A stretch of DNA of 64,000 nucleotides from an uncultured cyanobacterium. Its GTDB lineage: Bacteria > Cyanobacteriota > Cyanobacteriia > Cyanobacteriales > Nostocaceae. Both the position numbers and the translations under genes were made by a program. Of the stretch, positions 58,304 through 64,000 are shown one piece after another. The DNA lies in assembly GCA_963706595.1 (NCBI GenBank), contig OY970166.1:4160001-4224000 (forward strand), written 5' to 3'. How positions within the stretch are numbered: position 1 is the stretch's first letter; each line of letters begins with the position of its first letter. The notes under the pieces are model-generated. The model was not told where the DNA came from. It was given only the letters and a program-made list of their open reading frames with translations, and did no database searches.

Positions 58304-60940
58304 TTACAATTTTAATTGTTCGTTTTGGAGAATTTCTGTGGCTTTTTCAGCCGTAAGTGGTCTGTAGAACAGAAAACCCTGGACATCCTCACAGTTGATG
58401 GATGCTAAAAAATCGAGTTCTTCTTGCTTTTCTACTCCTTCGGCGGTTAATCTTAATCCTAAACTCCTGCCTAAAGTGACGATCGCCTGGACAATATGAG
58501 CAACTTTCGCATCCTTTGTCAACCCGTGGATGAAAGACCTGTCAATTTTTAAATTGTGAAATGGTAACAGTTGTAGGCGCGAGAGTGAGGAATGACCAGT
58601 ACCAAAGTCATCAATGGAAATATGAACGCCCATTTGTTCTAAACTTTGCAACACTGTTCTAGTAAAATCTAAATCTTCAATAGCTGTAGTTTCTGTAATT
58701 TCTAATTCTAAAAAGTTGGGGTCTAAACCTGTCTGTTCTAAAATTTTAGCTACTGTCTCTACTAGTTTAGGTTGGCGGAACTGTTGAGGAGATAAATTGA
58801 CAGCAATAGTCAGAGGAGGAAATCCAGCTTTTTGCCAAGCTTTATTCTGAATACAGGCTGTCCGTAATACCCATTCGCCAATCTGGACTATTAATCCATT
58901 GGCTTCAGCCAGGGGAATGAAAACATTGGGCGCGACTAGTCCCAAATCAGGATGCTGCCAACGTAACAGCGCCTCCATACCAGTAATTTTTTTGCTATTA
59001 ATGTTGATCTTAGGTTGATAATATATCGTTAATTCTTGCTTTTCTAGGGCATGGCGCAAGCTTTTTTCTAAAGTTAGAAGTTCAGGATTTTTGGTATTTA
59101 GGGTATTGGTGTAGAACTGGTAGTTATTTCTGCCTTCATCTTTGGCATAATATAAGGCGGTATCTGCGTGCTGAATTAAAGTTTCGGCATCAGAGTTATG
59201 TTCATCAAGTAAGGCAATGCCGAGGCTGGCACTCACATAAAGTTCATGTCCATCCAGATAAAATACATCTTCTAAGGCTTTTAAAATTCTCTGTGCTACC
59301 TGTGAAACTTCTTCAAGATAATTCACGCGAGTTAGTAGGATAGTAAATTCATCACCCCCCCAACGGGCAAGAGTATCCCCGCTTCGGAGAGAGTTTTTCA
59401 ATCTTTCTGCCACATGTTGTAACAATCGATCTCCCAATGTATGACCCAATGTGTCATTGATGATTTTGAAACGATCCAAATCAAGAAACATCACAGCTAA
59501 ACTTTCCTGATTACGAACCGCGTTGGGTACGGCTTTTTCCAGCAGCTCATTAAATAACAACCGATTGGGTAATCCAGTGAGGAAATCATGAAGAGCCTGG
59601 AAGCGGATTTTGCCTTCGACCTGCTGACGCTGCCAAGCACCACTAATACTAGCTGCCATTGTCAAAAGTGTAGATTCTTCATGCTTTGACCAAAGGCGCT
59701 CTGTTGAACAATCTGCCAAGCCCAGATAACCCCAAAATTTTGCCTCTAGCCGCAAAGGTACTAGTAGCAGAGATTTTATACCGTCTCTGGAGAGTAATTC
59801 TCGCTCGCTGGGAGGAAATTCTTTTGTGAGTCCGTTAATAGATTCTCCACTAGAGAGAACAGCATACCAACGTCCTAATTCAGCAGATTGATAAGACTGA
59901 TTCTGCCAGTCTTGAAGAGAAGATTCAGTGTTGATGTTTGTCCATTCAAACTGGAGGCTAACTGCCATTTCCCCTGTTACTGAATGAAGATGATTACTAA
60001 AGACATAGACACGATCTACCTTGGCAGCTTTCCCCAACACAGCCAGAGCTTTGTGAATAGCGATTTCGTAGTTCATTTCTACTAGTAAATAATTGGCTGC
60101 TTCGGCAACTGCCTGTAGCAAGCGATCGCGTTGCTGGAGTTCGGCTTGGGCTTGTTTTTGCTCAGTAATATCCCTAGCAATAAAAGTTCTAATTAAGTCA
60201 CTTTCTGGCAGAAAATGTACTGATTGCTCAAAGATTTTTTGACCAACCTGCACTTCCCGGACAAAAGGATTTTTCTGGCGATTAGCAACTGCATTGAGTA
60301 ATCCTGTGAGGATAGGATGTTGTTTGCCCATTTGCTTGAGTTTGGGAAACTCCATAGATGCAGCTGGATTGAGATAAGTCACCCTCTCCTTGAGATCCAT
60401 CTCAATAATCGGATTGGGGATAAGTTCTGGGAAAGAAGCTAGGCGAGCTAAAGCTGTATTATTAGCTCCGTCAGAGCCAGGATCAATAATTAGAGTTTGA
60501 AAAGGATTGAGGGTGTTGACTTGGTTAGTCAGAAAATCAGACAGGTCTTCGGCTTCACAAGAGGCAAAAAATTCTGTTTCAGATAGGTTAGAAACAGCAT
60601 AATATTTAGCCTGAGCTTGATGGTCACCAAACACAATCACATCTCCATGCTTGAGGTTATGAGAGAAGGATTTATTCCCATTTACTAATAAGCCATTAGT
60701 ACTACCCTGTCCTGTGAAGTTACCATCTATAATCCAAAAGCCATATTGGTCAGTTTCTGGAAGAGTTACCCGTAATAAAATTGCATGTTGTCTAGATACT
60801 GAACGTGAACGCAGGACAATAGAGTTTTCACGATGCCGTCCTAAAGAATAAATAGCCTCGTGAAGGGGGATAGTCTGCCGTCCTCGCAAGTCTTGGATAA
60901 CTAACAAGTGGCGTATTTTTTCCCGCTCATTTCCTGACAT
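58304..60940 (-). CDS. FHA-PAS-GAF-GGDEF-EAL c-di-GMP signalling protein
   Basis: FHA LGR...SVSRQHA...STNG; WGGDEF; MEALLRW; DDFGTG. Confidence 0.92.
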   Translation of the reverse strand: MSGNEREKIRHLLVIQDLRGRQTIPLHEAIYSLGRHRENSIVLRSRSVSRQHAILLRVTLPETDQYGFWIIDGNFTGQGSTNGLLVNGNKSFSHNLKHGDVIVFGDHQAQAKYYAVSNLSETEFFASCEAEDLSDFLTNQVNTLNPFQTLIIDPGSDGANNTALARLASFPELIPNPIIEMDLKERVTYLNPAASMEFPKLKQMGKQHPILTGLLNAVANRQKNPFVREVQVGQKIFEQSVHFLPESDLIRTFIARDITEQKQAQAELQQRDRLLQAVAEAANYLLVEMNYEIAIHKALAVLGKAAKVDRVYVFSNHLHSVTGEMAVSLQFEWTNINTESSLQDWQNQSYQSAELGRWYAVLSSGESINGLTKEFPPSERELLSRDGIKSLLLVPLRLEAKFWGYLGLADCSTERLWSKHEESTLLTMAASISGAWQRQQVEGKIRFQALHDFLTGLPNRLLFNELLEKAVPNAVRNQESLAVMFLDLDRFKIINDTLGHTLGDRLLQHVAERLKNSLRSGDTLARWGGDEFTILLTRVNYLEEVSQVAQRILKALEDVFYLDGHELYVSASLGIALLDEHNSDAETLIQHADTALYYAKDEGRNNYQFYTNTLNTKNPELLTLEKSLRHALEKQELTIYYQPKININSKKITGMEALLRWQHPDLGLVAPNVFIPLAEANGLIVQIGEWVLRTACIQNKAWQKAGFPPLTIAVNLSPQQFRQPKLVETVAKILEQTGLDPNFLELEITETTAIEDLDFTRTVLQSLEQMGVHISIDDFGTGHSSLSRLQLLPFHNLKIDRSFIHGLTKDAKVAHIVQAIVTLGRSLGLRLTAEGVEKQEELDFLASINCEDVQGFLFYRPLTAEKATEILQNEQLKL

Positions 60941-61352
60941 TGCTCATCCTTAAATTTTTATATCTGAGAATTTTTTCGGAAAAAACACTGGTCAATCGAT
61001 TGTGGATTTTGGACTGATCCTGACCAGCAGGGTAAGGGGCTTGGGGATTTTGGATAATAGAATTGCTTCACTCACAGGGGGGAGGTACTGAGGTTCTTTA
61101 GTTTCCAAAGGTGGGGCAAGTGGCGTTGAGGCATGAAAAAAAATCTACAATTGGCACGGTCAATTTAACCTGAATTTTCAGTCTCTGTTTTCTGAAAAAA
61201 CTCTGGTGGTATCTATCTTACATTTGGACAGAGGACTCCCTCTACATCCTATCGGATTAGCGGTGAGATGAATGGCGGTCAAAAAAAAACTAACGCCATA
61301 GAGTTTCCTGTTTTGGTTGATTTTAGTTGTTCAACTTATTATTTTAGTTGCT

Positions 61353-61760
61353 AAACAATCAATTCCTTACTCTGAAAGCTGCTCCATAAAAAAGGGCGAT
61401 TAAAACTACCAAAGCTAAAAACTTTAAAGCAAGTATTTCTAGAAATATGAGCAGAAAAATCAAATATGGCACTGTTTCTCAAAGAAGCACAGATAAGTCT
61501 TTTGCAGCAATATTGTTTGAGATAGAAGAATTCAAAACTAATAATCAAGGGAAAATAGCAGGGATTGATTTAGGCGTAAGTAGTTTAGTAACTGGATTTG
61601 ATGGAAAGAACTGCTACAAAGGTAAAGCAGTTCAGGTAGTAGCCAGAGTTTACGAGAGCATATCTCATATCAGACCAGATTTGTTTCATGAAAAATTAGT
61701 ATAATTTAGCAACTATCTTAAGAATGGACTTTTGGAAATCAAGCACTGCGACTGAAAAAC
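61353..61760 (+). pseudogene. tnpB: Degraded IS200/IS605-type tnpB fragment
   Basis: GRLKLPK, TVSQRSTDKSFAAILFE and KIAGIDLG spread across frameshifts and deletions. Confidence 0.75.
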
Positions 61761-61898
61761 ACCGCAGCTAGCACAATTAAACTTAACAACACTAAAGGCA
61801 CCCATAGATTAGGTATATCTGATAAATTCATTACACATTTCTGTTAACAGTCCTGATCAGCGATAATTCCTTTATACATGAACCCGCACGGAGAATAG

Positions 61899-64000
61899 AT
61901 GATGACATCTCCAGAAACGGTTATATGGCTACAAGAACGCACACCTTTAGGAATTCTCTCACCTGGGGTGCTAGATGCGATCGCTCAAGTCATTGAGGAA
62001 AAATTTTTCCCAGCCGGAAGTAGTTTAGTTAGTGAAGGTACTGCCCCAGAAGCACTTTACATTCTGCAACAAGGGCAACTCGAAAGCAAGACCAGCAATC
62101 AAAATAACCCCGCCTTAGCCTGTGGTCTTCTACCTGGGGCAATTGTTCAACTCAAGGAATTACTCTTAGATGAGTTAACCCCAAGCACAATTACCACTAT
62201 AACTGAATGTCAGTTCTGGGTGATATCTGCTGCTCAATTTCGCGCATTAGTTGCCCAATACCCAGAAATCGCTCAGGCTTTTTCTCGTTTACTAGCTCAA
62301 GAATTAGCCGAGGTGACATCTGCACTTGGCTATGAACAAGAACGGGCTGTAGCCTTACGACCATATTTAGTTACCAAAGCCCAACGAGGAATTGTCGGTA
62401 CAAGTCGCTATGCTGTGCGTCTGCGTGAGCAAATTAGAACAGCAGCAAGCACAGGTGAATCTGTAGAAATTTTTGGGGAACCTGGCTTAGAAAAAGACAA
62501 TATAGCCGCCCTAATTCACTACGGTTCACCGAAAAGGCGAGAAGCGATTATTAAGGTCAATTGTGGAATTCTCCAAACGAGCGGCATGGATTTATTCGGT
62601 CGCGCTGGTGGTAAGCCCGGACTGTTAGAATGGCTAGGGTCAGGCACTATTGTTTTTAACAACATCCAAGAATTGCCTCCAGAATTATTACCGTCTGTAG
62701 CACAGTTACTAAAAACAGGCAAATATACTCCCGTGACTCGTTCGGGAGAACCAGCTGCCCAACCTCGCCCCTGTAAAGCCCGTGTGATCATTGTTTCCGA
62801 AAAAACACAATCGGACATTGAACAGTGCGTTGGTTGTGTGATTAAAGTGCCGCCGCTACGGGTACGGAAAACAGATATTCAAGCCCAAGTAGAATATTAC
62901 ACCAGTCTTTATATTCGCGGGAAGGGTCTTTCTAAACCGAAAATTACCCCAGAAGCTTTGCGGCGCTTACAGTCTTACGATTTTCCCGGTAATCTCAAAG
63001 AATTAAAAAATCTTGTGGAACGGGCGATTGTGCAGGTAGGTGATGGACGGGAGTTAACAGAAGAAATATTTTGGTCAGCCCAAACGCAGAAAAAACAATT
63101 ACGTTTGAATCTGTTGAATGCTTATCCTGGGTTGCGGAAATTTCTGCGGAGTCCTTGGTGGCCAGACCGGATTAATTATGGTTTTACTTTCGCCGCGTTT
63201 GCTGTGATGATCGCCATTTTATTTATGGGACCGCAAACACGCGATCGCAATTTCATTTTAAACTTCTTTTGGGCTTGGTGGTGGCCTTTCTTTCTCTTTC
63301 TCTTCCCTTTCTTAGGTCGGATCTGGTGTTCTGTCTGTCCTTTTATGATCTACGGCGAAATTACCCAAAAACTTTCCCTCTGGCTGTTTCCGAGACAACT
63401 CAAAGGCTGGCCGAGACAACAAGCTGAAAAATGGGGCGGATGGTTCATTTTTGGACTATTTACCCTAATTTTCCTCTGGGAAGAACTCTGGGATTTACAA
63501 AATACTGCCTACCTTTCCGCTTGTTTACTACTGTTAATTACAGCTGGGGCGATGATTTTCTCAGCCATTTTTGAACGGCGGTTTTGGTGTCGGTATCTTT
63601 GCCCCATTGGCGGAATGAATGGTTTATTTGCTAAACTCTCGATGACGGAACTCCGGGCGCAGCAAGGTATCTGTTCGGCTTCTTGCAATACTTATCAGTG
63701 TTACAAAGGTGGTCCCGAAAAGGGCGAAGGAATGGAAACTAATGGCTGTCCGGTATATTCCCACCCCGCACAGTTACAAGATAATCGCGACTGTGTATTG
63801 TGTATGACTTGTCTCAAAGCTTGTCCCCATCGTTCCGTTGAGTTCAATTTACGTCCCCCGGCGATTGAACTGTGGACAACTCATACACCCCACAGCTATG
63901 AAGTGGCGTTGTTGTTTTTGCTATTGGGTGGAGTGTATCTGCATCGCTTACCAGAGTTACAGTCTTGGTTAGGTTTAGAAATCGATTTAAGTTTGTTTTG
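61899..64000 (+). CDS. cNMP-binding + sigma-54-activator-like AAA + membrane 4Fe-4S protein (partial, runs off the window end)
   Basis: Manual translation MMTSPETVIWLQERT...; GEPGLEKD, YDFPGNLKEL, GRIWCSVCPF, RFWCRYLCPIG, CVLCMTCLKACP. Confidence 0.88.
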   Translation, partial: MMTSPETVIWLQERTPLGILSPGVLDAIAQVIEEKFFPAGSSLVSEGTAPEALYILQQGQLESKTSNQNNPALACGLLPGAIVQLKELLLDELTPSTITTITECQFWVISAAQFRALVAQYPEIAQAFSRLLAQELAEVTSALGYEQERAVALRPYLVTKAQRGIVGTSRYAVRLREQIRTAASTGESVEIFGEPGLEKDNIAALIHYGSPKRREAIIKVNCGILQTSGMDLFGRAGGKPGLLEWLGSGTIVFNNIQELPPELLPSVAQLLKTGKYTPVTRSGEPAAQPRPCKARVIIVSEKTQSDIEQCVGCVIKVPPLRVRKTDIQAQVEYYTSLYIRGKGLSKPKITPEALRRLQSYDFPGNLKELKNLVERAIVQVGDGRELTEEIFWSAQTQKKQLRLNLLNAYPGLRKFLRSPWWPDRINYGFTFAAFAVMIAILFMGPQTRDRNFILNFFWAWWWPFFLFLFPFLGRIWCSVCPFMIYGEITQKLSLWLFPRQLKGWPRQQAEKWGGWFIFGLFTLIFLWEELWDLQNTAYLSACLLLLITAGAMIFSAIFERRFWCRYLCPIGGMNGLFAKLSMTELRAQQGICSASCNTYQCYKGGPEKGEGMETNGCPVYSHPAQLQDNRDCVLCMTCLKACPHRSVEFNLRPPAIELWTTHTPHSYEVALLFLLLGGVYLHRLPELQSWLGLEIDLSLF

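Noticed and set aside
61072..61134. 20-codon minus-strand ORF (MPQRHLPHLWKLKNLSTSPL) and GC-rich leader upstream of the GGDEF-EAL gene
   Set aside because: No SD, homology or recognisable riboswitch motif

Overview
64 kb of a filamentous heterocyst-forming (Nostocales-type) cyanobacterial chromosome, judged from frequent HIP1 octamers GCGATCGC, heptamer STRR repeats and the gene content. Most of it is core or housekeeping genes (chlD, sigJ-type sigma factor, prfB with programmed frameshift, ybeY, dgkA, pepP, ftsH2, gltX, tRNA-Asp, folK, class A PBP), with many palindromic MITE-like repeats in between. Two regions stand out. (1) An AT-rich ~11.6 kb cluster (46336-57926) combines a vWA/MIDAS lipoprotein, a 4-TM protein, a divergent FtsZ/tubulin-like GTPase, a ~1090-aa protein with a C-terminal actin/Hsp70-fold ATPase, and four coiled-coil proteins carrying five copies of an unnamed ~120-aa domain; this is the best candidate for a poorly described system. 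(2) A transposase-less IS607-type tnpB element with intact RuvC residues has inserted into the core of a c-di-AMP riboswitch, and the operon's ion transporter gene is largely deleted. All calls come from motif reading and recall of families; no database searches were run.
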